DNA from: a virus
Taxonomy: Duplodnaviria > Caudoviricetes
Virus record (IMG/VR): IMGVR_UViG_3300037067_020597
Span: 1-64,000 of that record
Direction: 5' to 3' (one strand)
DNA length: 64,000 bases
Under the pieces are notes generated by a model. The model had not been told where the DNA came from and did no database searches. It worked only from the letters and a program-made list of their open reading frames with translations. Position numbers and translations under genes: made by a program. Below are positions 1 through 8,936 of this stretch, piece after piece. Positions within the stretch are counted from its first letter, which is position 1, and every line of letters starts with the position of its first letter.

Positions 1-417
1 ATTGATTTACCAGCTAATTGGAAATCACCTTTCTCATACACTGATGTTGGTGACATACAGCTTCAAGTTGGTTGCTTAGATGAGGGAATGACCCAAATCA
101 TTTGGCCAGGTACTGCCGCTACTCCGACTCCAGTTTATACATGTCAGACGGCTGATGTAGTCGATGGCCCCGGTTTGATTGCTCAAGAGAATTGTCCTAT
201 AAGCTGGTTAATTACAGACAAATCGACTCAGACTGAATATTTATCCAGACAAAAAAGCGACACGAGCAAGTCATTATCGTCGATTGGTGATCTATCCTTT
301 TCCTTTGAAGGGACTTCGGGAGCGATTACAGTAAGTGCTAATATCAATACGGCGAGATTGAATTGTTGTTTAGGGTACAGAGTGACTGTTTCTGTTACGG
401 CGAGTGAGATAAAGTAA
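1..417 (+). CDS. 5'-truncated Cys-rich virion/fibre protein (C-terminal part)
   Basis: Frame 1 is open from base 1 (IDLPANWKSPF...) to TAA at 417. It shares CP[IV]SW...FS[FY].G..G...CCLGY with the next gene. Confidence 0.7.
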   Translation: MDLPANWKSPFSYTDVGDIQLQVGCLDEGMTQIIWPGTAATPTPVYTCQTADVVDGPGLIAQENCPISWLITDKSTQTEYLSRQKSDTSKSLSSIGDLSFSFEGTSGAITVSANINTARLNCCLGYRVTVSVTASEIK

Positions 418-426
418 AACAGGTGT

Positions 427-3204
427 TTGATGAATTGCCATGCATTAAATAACCGATCCAACATTACAGACGGTACTATCGTTATAGATAGTAATGGCAA
501 TCAATGGCAGTATGATTCCAAATTGAACACATGGACCTGTATAGGAACTTTTATCGCTGCACCGATTGTCACAGAAGATCAGAACGGTCTAATTTCTCCT
601 GAGATCTTCACACGTATCAACGCAATAACAGAAGCGGTCGACGATGGGTTGAAATTTGACTTTCTGAAAATTTATCCTAATCTATCCGGATATTATTATT
701 TATTTCAATCGTCAAATTACACAATTTCATTTGAGCCTGAATCAAGCCATGATTTGCGAATAGAGATTAATCGCCCTAGATTATTGGCGCTGCTATCACA
801 ATTAAAATGCCCTGGAGAACAAGGGTTAGAAGGAGAACAAGGCAATCAAGGTGCTAATGGAACTCCAGGAGAATCTGAAGCAAAATACGCTGCTACAATA
901 GAAGACAATGCTCTAGTAATTGACGCATCTGCTCAATCGACGATAGATACACCGATCTCACTGAGATTATTTAAAAACAACTCATCTAAAAGTTCATTAA
1001 CAATATTGCAGCCAATAGATGGTGAACCGTTTGCCATAGTTTATTCAGAAGTTGTTTTAGAAGACGGGTCGTTTTTGAACTATGATATTGCTACTGCTAC
1101 ATTATCTGGTAGACTAATATCAAACGATTGGTCGACAAATAATTGGTATTATAAGGCTAATGAAATTGGCCGAAAAGGTCCATCGGGTAATGAAGGTTCT
1201 GGTTTTTTTCAAATAATCAATAATAATCTTGTAGATGATACAGTCGAGGCCACGAAAGCAGTCATATCATTACGATATGATGGATTAAAATCAGATATTT
1301 ATTATTTTGATGACACTTTATTTGTTAATAATTGCGTATCCAAACTGGCTATTTTACATGCGTGTGCTACGACAGCCGTTGAGTCTCTTAAAACTGTTGA
1401 TGACTTATCTCTTGCAGCTGTAAGGCCAACTACCAGCACATGTAAAGATATAGTTCGATATCAGTTTGAGGAGAAACAGCACATAGCACCCGAATTGCAG
1501 TTTGTTGAATGGACACCGGTCAGTGCATGTTGGACCAAGAATCAATTTAGACAATTCAATTGGAAAGATTATACACCAGCATCAATTGTAGCGTGGAGAC
1601 AAGCAAATTCAGACACAAATGCTGATTCACGTTATCCATGGATGATAATTGAACCGCAATTTCCAGGGCAGCGGTGTTGTCAAGAGGATTTCTTTTTCTG
1701 TTCGAATGTGAATGATGTTAGTGGCGGCTGCCCTGTTTTAGTTGTTGAGCCGATTACACCATCAATCACTGAAATTTGTTGCCCATGTGATTGTCCAAGC
1801 TATTTAGATACGAGCCTTGAAATCGATATTCCTTACAATTCTGATACATCTAGTAATCCGACATGCCAAGGATTTGAATGCGTTATAAATGGAACTCTGC
1901 AGCACTATGATGTAACAGTTAATGTGCCATCCACTATTACAGGAGATGTCACAATTACTTTCAGCAGCCTATTTAATTATATATGTGAAGAGGCTAGATA
2001 TATCAGTAGTGCTTCTTGTCCTGATTATCCTAATACTGGTTCATGTCCTGTTTCTTGGTCTGCAGTTTGCACGAATGATAACTCACTTGGAGGGAAGCAA
2101 TATTCTACAATTGGATCGCCGATCGTATTTTCATATTCTGGCCCTAAAGGAGTAGCTTTAAAATTCGCGCTTGATATCAACCTTGAAGGGGCCGATTGTT
2201 GTCTTGGTTATTCAGTTCTTGCTTGTGCTTATGGCCCTACAACACGGCCTGGGGCTACGGGAGCAACAGGAGCTCCAGGAGCAACAGGAGCAACGGGTGC
2301 AACAGGAGCAACGGGTGCAACAGGTACACCGCCAATTCCAAATCCGCCGCTGCCGCCATCGCCATCACTACCGCCGCCGCCAATATGGCCGCCTCCGTTG
2401 CCGCCGCTGCCGCCGATAGTACCACCAGAAAAACCGCCCGGACCTCTTCCGTCCTATCCACCTGGTCCATATCCACCAGAAATATGCCCTGGTGATTGTA
2501 TGTGGTTTATGTCTCCTGGTGGCGGCGACTGGAGTTTAGTAAGAAACCAATGCACTCCTGGTTGTTACTGTCCACCGCCTGATTATTATACTGTTGTAAC
2601 ACCTTACGGTGGAGGCTGGGTTGCATATACAAGATGTCGGCCTGGAACACCATCACCGTCGCCATCGCCGTCTCAGGGGTATCCATCACCTGTGTATCCG
2701 TCTTCATCGCCGTCGCCTTCACCATCACCATCGCCTTCACCATCACTATCGCCTTCACAGATTTGTACATCTTCAGTTTCCGGTGTCATTGATACCGACT
2801 CTTATGGCTGGCAACCAGCAGCACATATCAGCGGCTCCAGTATAACTTGTACATTCAAGTACGAAGATTCGGAGAATTGTGGCGGTCCTAATGGGAACAT
2901 TCAGAGTGGAGAGTGCGTGTGTACTGTGACATTCGAGACATCTGCACATGTCTCCTATTCAATCAGCGGCGTATCAGAGAAATTTAATTCCGGATACGAC
3001 TATTTTACTATTTATCGTGATGGTGCAATGAAAGCACAGGTATCATCATCAAATGAATTGATTGAATGCGAGATGCTCAGCGTATCAGATGATGCTAATG
3101 AAGATTTGCCTCCCGGAACATATACATTTAGATTCGTGGCGGATACTGGAGACAATCGATACCATGTCAATATGACTCATACTGGAACAGTCTCATGGAG
3201 TTAA
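427..3204 (+). CDS. Cys-rich virion fibre/decoration protein with collagen, poly-Pro and Ser-Pro tracts
   Basis: 925 aa ORF with GEQGLEGEQGNQGANG and (GAT)n collagen repeats, a PPPP tract and SPSPSPSPSL; AGGTG SD upstream. Confidence 0.7.
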   Translation: MMNCHALNNRSNITDGTIVIDSNGNQWQYDSKLNTWTCIGTFIAAPIVTEDQNGLISPEIFTRINAITEAVDDGLKFDFLKIYPNLSGYYYLFQSSNYTISFEPESSHDLRIEINRPRLLALLSQLKCPGEQGLEGEQGNQGANGTPGESEAKYAATIEDNALVIDASAQSTIDTPISLRLFKNNSSKSSLTILQPIDGEPFAIVYSEVVLEDGSFLNYDIATATLSGRLISNDWSTNNWYYKANEIGRKGPSGNEGSGFFQIINNNLVDDTVEATKAVISLRYDGLKSDIYYFDDTLFVNNCVSKLAILHACATTAVESLKTVDDLSLAAVRPTTSTCKDIVRYQFEEKQHIAPELQFVEWTPVSACWTKNQFRQFNWKDYTPASIVAWRQANSDTNADSRYPWMIIEPQFPGQRCCQEDFFFCSNVNDVSGGCPVLVVEPITPSITEICCPCDCPSYLDTSLEIDIPYNSDTSSNPTCQGFECVINGTLQHYDVTVNVPSTITGDVTITFSSLFNYICEEARYISSASCPDYPNTGSCPVSWSAVCTNDNSLGGKQYSTIGSPIVFSYSGPKGVALKFALDINLEGADCCLGYSVLACAYGPTTRPGATGATGAPGATGATGATGATGATGTPPIPNPPLPPSPSLPPPPIWPPPLPPLPPIVPPEKPPGPLPSYPPGPYPPEICPGDCMWFMSPGGGDWSLVRNQCTPGCYCPPPDYYTVVTPYGGGWVAYTRCRPGTPSPSPSPSQGYPSPVYPSSSPSPSPSPSPSPSLSPSQICTSSVSGVIDTDSYGWQPAAHISGSSITCTFKYEDSENCGGPNGNIQSGECVCTVTFETSAHVSYSISGVSEKFNSGYDYFTIYRDGAMKAQVSSSNELIECEMLSVSDDANEDLPPGTYTFRFVADTGDNRYHVNMTHTGTVSWS
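2245..2760 (+). repeat. Coding low-complexity tract: (Gly-Ala-Thr)n, poly-Pro, (Ser-Pro)n
   Basis: Direct translation; the repeat units are codon multiples. Confidence 0.9.
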
Positions 3205-3205
3205 A

Positions 3206-3409
3206 ATGAATTGCAAACTTACGACAGTATTTAAGCCTGGAAGAGGTGGCGATGGCGTTTATGAGCACACATGCTCAGAATGTGGTAAAATATGGATCTC
3301 GGCAGAGCCTAATATCATTGCCACTTGTAAATTATCTAATTCTGAAGAGTCTAAGGCCGACACAGAAGTAAAGGTAATAACATCTTGTGGCGGCTGTGAA
3401 GATACTTAA
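3206..3409 (+). CDS. Small Cys-rich protein
   Basis: 67 aa with CSECG and CGGC; tightly coupled to the upstream gene. Confidence 0.6.
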   Translation: MNCKLTTVFKPGRGGDGVYEHTCSECGKIWISAEPNIIATCKLSNSEESKADTEVKVITSCGGCEDT

Positions 3410-3449
3410 TTCTTAAATATATCTGCTGTATCTAAAGTTGTGGTGAGTC

Positions 3450-4094
3450 ATGATCAAATCACTATACAAAATACATGACAATAAAACGATTGCTGTCGTC
3501 GGATCTGGTCCAACGGCAGTTGATTTTTTACATAGCAGTGCTGATATCTCGATTGGTGTGAATGGCGCAGCTAAACTAGGTAAAAAATTCGATTATTTTA
3601 TGTGTGGTGACGTTCGTTCGTCGTCCTATGACTGGTTTGAAGTTGATTGCTCTAGAGTTAGAATTATAGCGAAGCTAACTGCATCGCTTGATAAGATTCT
3701 CTATCCATTAGATATCTTTCCAGATATAGAGCGAGCTGCAGTTATCACTACTAAACAGCATACGTTGAACTTGCCGGTACCAATTGAACCACATTTGACC
3801 TTTGTGTATAAATGGCATAAGCCAGGCAGGCTGCAGCAGGATATGAATTTTTTGATGTTTGGAGGTACCATAAGCTGTTGCGCTGTCCAGCTTGCCTATA
3901 TCATGGGTGCTTCTAAGATCGTGCTTTATGGTTGCAATTTCACCAGCAGAGGCAAGCATTATTTTTATAGTACGAGAAGACCTGGATCGATCTCTGATAG
4001 CCAACGAACAGTAATGAATACAGTAATTAATGAAGTTAAAGAGCGAGGGGTACAAATTCAGATTATTGGAGAAACGACACTAAATCCCACTTAG
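3450..4094 (+). CDS. Maf/DUF115 (MptE-like) glycosyltransferase-like protein
   Basis: IAVVGSGPT...IGVNGA...DYFMCGD...TISCCAVQLAYIMGASKIVLYGCNF motif order. Confidence 0.7.
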   Translation: MIKSLYKIHDNKTIAVVGSGPTAVDFLHSSADISIGVNGAAKLGKKFDYFMCGDVRSSSYDWFEVDCSRVRIIAKLTASLDKILYPLDIFPDIERAAVITTKQHTLNLPVPIEPHLTFVYKWHKPGRLQQDMNFLMFGGTISCCAVQLAYIMGASKIVLYGCNFTSRGKHYFYSTRRPGSISDSQRTVMNTVINEVKERGVQIQIIGETTLNPT

Positions 4095-4095
4095 G

Positions 4096-5610
4096 ATGAT
4101 TATTATGACAACAGTAACAGTCATTATGTCGGCATTGAATGAGGAATATATTGATAAGACGATAGAGACTATCATTGCGAACACCATGCCAGGTTTGATT
4201 GATGAGTTTATAATCGTCGATGATGGCAGTAAGATACCTGTCACTTCGGATAGGACGAATGTAAGAATTATACGTAATCAATTTCGAGAAGGATTGCAGA
4301 GATCTCGAAATACAGCTGCAGCAGCTGCCAAATCTCCAATTGTAGTATCAATCGATCCACACGTGAAGGTTTCACCCAATTGGCTACTGCCAATTGTTGA
4401 TCGATTGAAGAAGAATTACAACTGCATAGCTGTCCCACTTACAAGAGGGCTTGATGCGCCAACATGGTCAGAAACAACAGCCGCATATGCCAAGACTGGC
4501 TGGAGATGGAATCTCGACTTTAATTGGATACAAGATGATGGTACCGACGTGACTCCGGCGATGGCTGGTCATTGTTTTGCTTTTACGAAACAATGGTGGC
4601 AAGAAATTGGCGGTTTTGATACAGGCATGTACAAATGGGGCTGTGAAAATATCGAATTCTCTTTGCGAACTTGGTTGGCTGGCGGGACAGTAGAGATAAT
4701 TCGTGATTCAGTAGTTGCACATTGGTTTAAGAATACGTTCAATTATGAGTTTGACACAACCACATTAGAACAAAATAAGGCACGTATAGCAGAAGTGTGG
4801 TTCGGCGATTATAAACAGTTATTTTATCAATCAATTCGTAAGAAACCAGGCGACATCAAATTTGGCGATATTTCTGAACGAGAAGTCATACGCGATCGCA
4901 TTCAAAAAAGGCCGTTTCAATGGTTCCTCGATAATTTCTTGCCAGATTTGCAAGGCATCGAGATGCTGAAAAACAAGCATGCCAATAAAAGAGTAGCTGT
5001 TCTCGGTGCTGGGCCATCTTTAGATCATGTCACGAAAGGGATGTTAGCAGATTTTGATGTAGTAATAGGTGTTAATTACAATGCGATTGTGTTCGATTGC
5101 GACTATGTTGTTTTTCATGATTTGAAGCCAGCAGAAGCGGTCATGGATTCGAATAAATATCAGAACAGGCAGTTGCTTATTCCTAAAAAGCTTAAAATAG
5201 GTGCTGGCACATCATCAGTTGAACCACCTGCCAAATTTACTAACTGTACCACATATGAGCTTGGGCAACAGGATAAAAGCTCTTGTCTCAATAATAAAGA
5301 TCAACCGTTTTTCCATCACGCATCTACAGTCCATACTGCTATTCACATAGCCGCCTTTATCGGTGCAAAGACAATTACGCTGTTTGGGTGTGATGCTAGA
5401 TTGGCACCAGATGGTCGAAGTCACACTACATTAGTCCCACAATATAACCGTGGGAGATATTGGCCCAACAACAAAGATACTGAAAATTATATTGCTCGCA
5501 TCAATCGTGGGTACGACATGTTGCTTGGGCCATTGAAAAAGTGGAATATATCTCTACTGAGATATGAATATATGCCTAGTAGCGTGCCTGCTGCAGTATC
5601 TTCGAAGTAA
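4096..5610 (+). CDS. Polypeptide GalNAc-transferase-like (GT27-like) domain fused to a Maf/DUF115-like domain
   Basis: IVDD, REGLQRSR, DPH (DxH), WRWNLDFNW, TPAMAG, WGCENIEFSLRTWLAGG, AEVW, PFQWFLDN. The C-terminal half has VAVLGAGPS...GAKTITLFGCD. Confidence 0.85.
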   Translation: MIIMTTVTVIMSALNEEYIDKTIETIIANTMPGLIDEFIIVDDGSKIPVTSDRTNVRIIRNQFREGLQRSRNTAAAAAKSPIVVSIDPHVKVSPNWLLPIVDRLKKNYNCIAVPLTRGLDAPTWSETTAAYAKTGWRWNLDFNWIQDDGTDVTPAMAGHCFAFTKQWWQEIGGFDTGMYKWGCENIEFSLRTWLAGGTVEIIRDSVVAHWFKNTFNYEFDTTTLEQNKARIAEVWFGDYKQLFYQSIRKKPGDIKFGDISEREVIRDRIQKRPFQWFLDNFLPDLQGIEMLKNKHANKRVAVLGAGPSLDHVTKGMLADFDVVIGVNYNAIVFDCDYVVFHDLKPAEAVMDSNKYQNRQLLIPKKLKIGAGTSSVEPPAKFTNCTTYELGQQDKSSCLNNKDQPFFHHASTVHTAIHIAAFIGAKTITLFGCDARLAPDGRSHTTLVPQYNRGRYWPNNKDTENYIARINRGYDMLLGPLKKWNISLLRYEYMPSSVPAAVSSK

Positions 5611-5615
5611 TTATT

Positions 5616-5945
5616 ATGGACATTGTGGCACTTTTAATTGCATCAGTGGCCTTGATTGTTTCTTTGTTGGCATTGGTACTCGTAGTGTTAATCTACCGGG
5701 AACTTGTAAGGGATTCCTTTGCTAATCGCGACATGGAAAGATCGGCTTCGCAAGCTGCCCCCGGAGCAAATTCCAGAGGACAAGAATCTTCAACGAGAGT
5801 TGTTGATGCCTCCGAGCAGCCCGTTTCCTCTTCATTTTGCCATGCGCCAGATTTGGCCCCCGAAGTGCTCGCACCGTCACTCGGAAAACCCCCAATCCCC
5901 AAAGGTGGCTTTGGAACAAGAGTTGTTAAAAAACGTGGCGGATGA
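5616..5945 (+). CDS. Membrane-anchored hypothetical protein
   Basis: N-terminal hydrophobic helix followed by a low-complexity tail. Confidence 0.6.
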   Translation: MDIVALLIASVALIVSLLALVLVVLIYRELVRDSFANRDMERSASQAAPGANSRGQESSTRVVDASEQPVSSSFCHAPDLAPEVLAPSLGKPPIPKGGFGTRVVKKRGG

Positions 5946-6009
5946 AGAATTAGAGGAATCAATTTTTGTATTTGGATTAGGTGATGACTGCACAATCAGG
6001 AGAGTGGCA

Positions 6010-7080
6010 ATGAACGCAATAGGAATTGATATTGGAACTAAGAATATTGTTGTATCATTTCGCCACAACAAAAAGCTTGTGTTCCTGAAAGAAATCAACG
6101 GTTATTATCTTATACCAAGGCCCAGCAAGTTTGTAGAAAATATGCTGGATGACCCAAACAAGGTGCGTTCTGATGGGACGAAACGACCAGCAAAATGGAT
6201 ACGTCTAGAAGGACAAGATGGCATATATGTTTTGGGGAGAGATGCAGAAGAGCTGGCTTATGCTCATAACGATACACTATTACGGCCAATGGCCGAAGGA
6301 GGCGTTGCTGCAGATGAAGCCGCTTTAATGGTTCTTTCAAGTATAGTCCAGGGCTTGTTATCGATGTCCGAGCATGATGCTGGTGAATTCGAGCCCGAAG
6401 TAAAATTATGCTATTGCACGACAGCTAAGGCGCTTAATCGTGGCATTAATATTGACTACCATCAGCAAGTAGTCAATCTTATAATTTCTGGATATGAAAC
6501 TGAATCGACTATTACAACTACTTCGATCAAGGAGTCGCATGCTCTTGTTCTTAAAGAAACACCTGACGCTACCGGCATTGGAATTTCGTGGGGAGCCGGA
6601 ACTGTGACAGTTAGTTATGTTCTCTGGGGCAATGAAATTTATTCGTTTAGTTGGGTTGGTGCTGGGGATTGGATTGATACTGAGGTTGCCAAACGGCATG
6701 GTTATGATCCAGAATCGCCGCGTAAGAAATCATCTGAGACGCCTACAACTGTCTGCAGAGCAAAAGAAAAGATTGATTTAACGCAGAATTATACATCAAG
6801 ATTAGAATTGGATATTATACTGCATTATCGTATCCTAATTCAGAATGTTATCCGTGGTATTGTTCAAGGTTTCATCGATCATGAAACCAGTGCCCGTATT
6901 GATAAACCGATTGACGTGTTTATGGCCGGTGGTACAGCGTCTCCGCTTGGGTTTGAAGAAATGGTGGCTCAGTTATTCCAAGAGGAAAAACCGCCATTTG
7001 CAGTCAACAAAATAAAAAGATGCAAAGATCCATTATTTGCTGTCGCAGAGGGTTGTTTGATTGCGGCAGAATCTACGTAA
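6010..7080 (+). CDS. Actin-fold (MreB/ParM/FtsA-like) ATPase
   Basis: Phosphate-1 GIDIGTKN, phosphate-2-like GISWGAGT, adenosine motif MAGGTA. The start at 6010 has an AGGAG SD; the longer track start at 5719 overlaps the upstream gene. Confidence 0.8.
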   Translation: MNAIGIDIGTKNIVVSFRHNKKLVFLKEINGYYLIPRPSKFVENMLDDPNKVRSDGTKRPAKWIRLEGQDGIYVLGRDAEELAYAHNDTLLRPMAEGGVAADEAALMVLSSIVQGLLSMSEHDAGEFEPEVKLCYCTTAKALNRGINIDYHQQVVNLIISGYETESTITTTSIKESHALVLKETPDATGIGISWGAGTVTVSYVLWGNEIYSFSWVGAGDWIDTEVAKRHGYDPESPRKKSSETPTTVCRAKEKIDLTQNYTSRLELDIILHYRILIQNVIRGIVQGFIDHETSARIDKPIDVFMAGGTASPLGFEEMVAQLFQEEKPPFAVNKIKRCKDPLFAVAEGCLIAAEST

Positions 7081-7149
7081 AATCAAAAATATACACTAGT
7101 CATTACAGGCTTATGTTCAAGCAAAATTCAGGGAGAAGGAGACATTGTT

Positions 7150-7329
7150 ATGCCTAGATTTGATGGTACTGGTCCCCAGGGTGCTGGTCCTAGAACTGGT
7201 CGGGGTTTAGGACCCTGTGGGCAAGGTTCAACTGGCCAAGGTCGTGGATTGGGTCAAGGTCGTGGATTGGGCTTAGGCCGTCGATTTGGTGGCGGTGGTG
7301 GTCGTTCTCAACCAACTCCGAAACGATAA
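7150..7329 (+). CDS. DUF5320-like Gly/Arg-rich small protein (not in ORF track)
   Basis: Hand translation gives MPRFDGTGPQGAGPRTGRGLGPCGQG...GRGLGLGRRFGGG (59 aa), with a strong GGAGAAGGAG SD. Confidence 0.8.
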   Translation: MPRFDGTGPQGAGPRTGRGLGPCGQGSTGQGRGLGQGRGLGLGRRFGGGGGRSQPTPKR

Positions 7330-7360
7330 CTGAGCGGTCCAGAATCGTATTTGACGGAGT

Positions 7361-8926
7361 ATGATCGTTGAAGAAAAAGAAATCGGACCTGATCAATATA
7401 GTGGACCTAGTGAATTTGTCCACCTTCATCTACACACATTAGCATCTACTCTAGATGGCGTTCCTTCAGCGGAACAATATGCTGATGCTTGTTTAAAGGC
7501 TGGCTTTCCAGCGATGGCTGCTACAGAGCATGGCCATATGGCCTCTTTTCCCGACATATATTTCGCATTCAAGAAGAGAAAATTGAAAGGAGTTGCTGGC
7601 GCGGAGATATATTATAATGACTATGAGCCATTGCGTAAAAAGGCGGAAGAGAAAGGTATCAAGCGTGATTCTTTGCCTGATAAATTGAAGCAGCGCATAA
7701 TGCGTAATCGTCATCTCACAGTTTTGGCGAAGAACTCTATTGGTGTTTCCAATCTTATCAAATTGACGACGCTTGCCTGGGAACATTCTTATATTGGGAA
7801 GCCACGTATATGGTTCGATCGGCTATGTGAGTTTAAAGAAGGTTTAATTGTTTTATCGGGATGCATAAATGGTCCAATATCATATGAACTTCGTTTGGAT
7901 ATTGATAGCAAAAACGACACCGGTAGGAGTTATTCGCGCAGCAAGGCCGATAAGACTGCATTAACATATTTAAAGGAATTTAAGGATGCATTTGGTGAAG
8001 ACTTTTTTATTGAAGTGCAGATGCCATGTCTTCCGGAGCTTCATGATACTGAGTTGTTCAGAACTTTAATTGAATATGCCGATGCTTACAGTGTGAAGCC
8101 TGTTCTCTCTAATGATGTTCACTATCTTACTAAGGATGACGCATATATCCAGCGCGTGATGATGGCTGTTGATCAGAAAACCAACGTCAATGATAAAAAT
8201 ATGTTTACTTCTCAGAGTGATGAACAATATTTTAAATCTCGTGCTCAATTGTGGGCTACATTCAAAAATCATGGTTATGCAGAAGGAGTCAGTGATGCAA
8301 AGTTTGAAGAAATATGTGATAACACATTATTGATAGCAGATCGGTGTGAAGTGCTATCGCCGGACATGTCGCCCAAGATTCCCGATTGGTCTGCTGTGGA
8401 AAAAGGTGTCAATGCAAATGCTCGATTGCGTGAGATTGTTTATGAGCAGCTTAAATTGCGAGGTTGGGATAAAGATACAAAGAAATGGCCGTGTGATGGT
8501 CGAATGGTGACTTACGCTGAGCAAGCAGAGATAGAGTTGGAAAGATTCATCGATAAGGGATTTTCTAGCTACTTCCTCATTACAAGAGATTGGATTCAAT
8601 GGGGAAGAGAAAAAGGTTGGCCTTTTGGGCCAAGAGGATGTACTATTCCAAACTCTTTGATATTAGTCGGTCCAGGTGTGCAGAAAAAGATAGAAGATCT
8701 CACAATAGGCGATGAAATAATAGATGGCTTTAGCAATAAACAAACTATCGAGAATAAGTTCATCTACGATATATCAGAGGAGTTATATGTATTTGAGCTT
8801 GACGATGGTGAGATTACTGTTACAGCAGATCATAAGTTTTATGTAATAAGAGATGGTGTGGTTGTGCTGCTACCAGCATCCGAAATCAAATCTACAGATG
8901 AGTTCATTGGTAATTTGCAGGACTAA
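7361..8926 (+). CDS. dnaE: DNA polymerase III alpha, N-terminal piece (PHP domain) ending in the N-half of a split intein
   Basis: FVHLHLHT, TEHG, HLTVLAKN, SGCING, NDVHY and ELERFIDKGFSSYFL...GPRG, followed by the intein start CTIPNS. Confidence 0.92.
   Translation: MIVEEKEIGPDQYSGPSEFVHLHLHTLASTLDGVPSAEQYADACLKAGFPAMAATEHGHMASFPDIYFAFKKRKLKGVAGAEIYYNDYEPLRKKAEEKGIKRDSLPDKLKQRIMRNRHLTVLAKNSIGVSNLIKLTTLAWEHSYIGKPRIWFDRLCEFKEGLIVLSGCINGPISYELRLDIDSKNDTGRSYSRSKADKTALTYLKEFKDAFGEDFFIEVQMPCLPELHDTELFRTLIEYADAYSVKPVLSNDVHYLTKDDAYIQRVMMAVDQKTNVNDKNMFTSQSDEQYFKSRAQLWATFKNHGYAEGVSDAKFEEICDNTLLIADRCEVLSPDMSPKIPDWSAVEKGVNANARLREIVYEQLKLRGWDKDTKKWPCDGRMVTYAEQAEIELERFIDKGFSSYFLITRDWIQWGREKGWPFGPRGCTIPNSLILVGPGVQKKIEDLTIGDEIIDGFSNKQTIENKFIYDISEELYVFELDDGEITVTADHKFYVIRDGVVVLLPASEIKSTDEFIGNLQD
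8639..8923 (+). mobile_element. Split intein N-fragment (95 aa)
   Basis: Block A Cys1 (CTIPNSLI), KIEDLTIGDEI, block B TVTADHKF, PASEIKSTDEF, then a stop codon. Confidence 0.88.
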
Positions 8927-8936
8927 AGAGCCATCC

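Noticed and set aside
2245-2330. Short tandem DNA repeats as a possible CRISPR array
   Set aside because: The units are 9/18-nt codon repeats inside ORFs, with no unique spacers and no cas genes.
5719-6009. N-terminal extension of the actin-like ORF
   Set aside because: It overlaps the 5616 gene, and both the fold motif and the SD point to a start at 6010.
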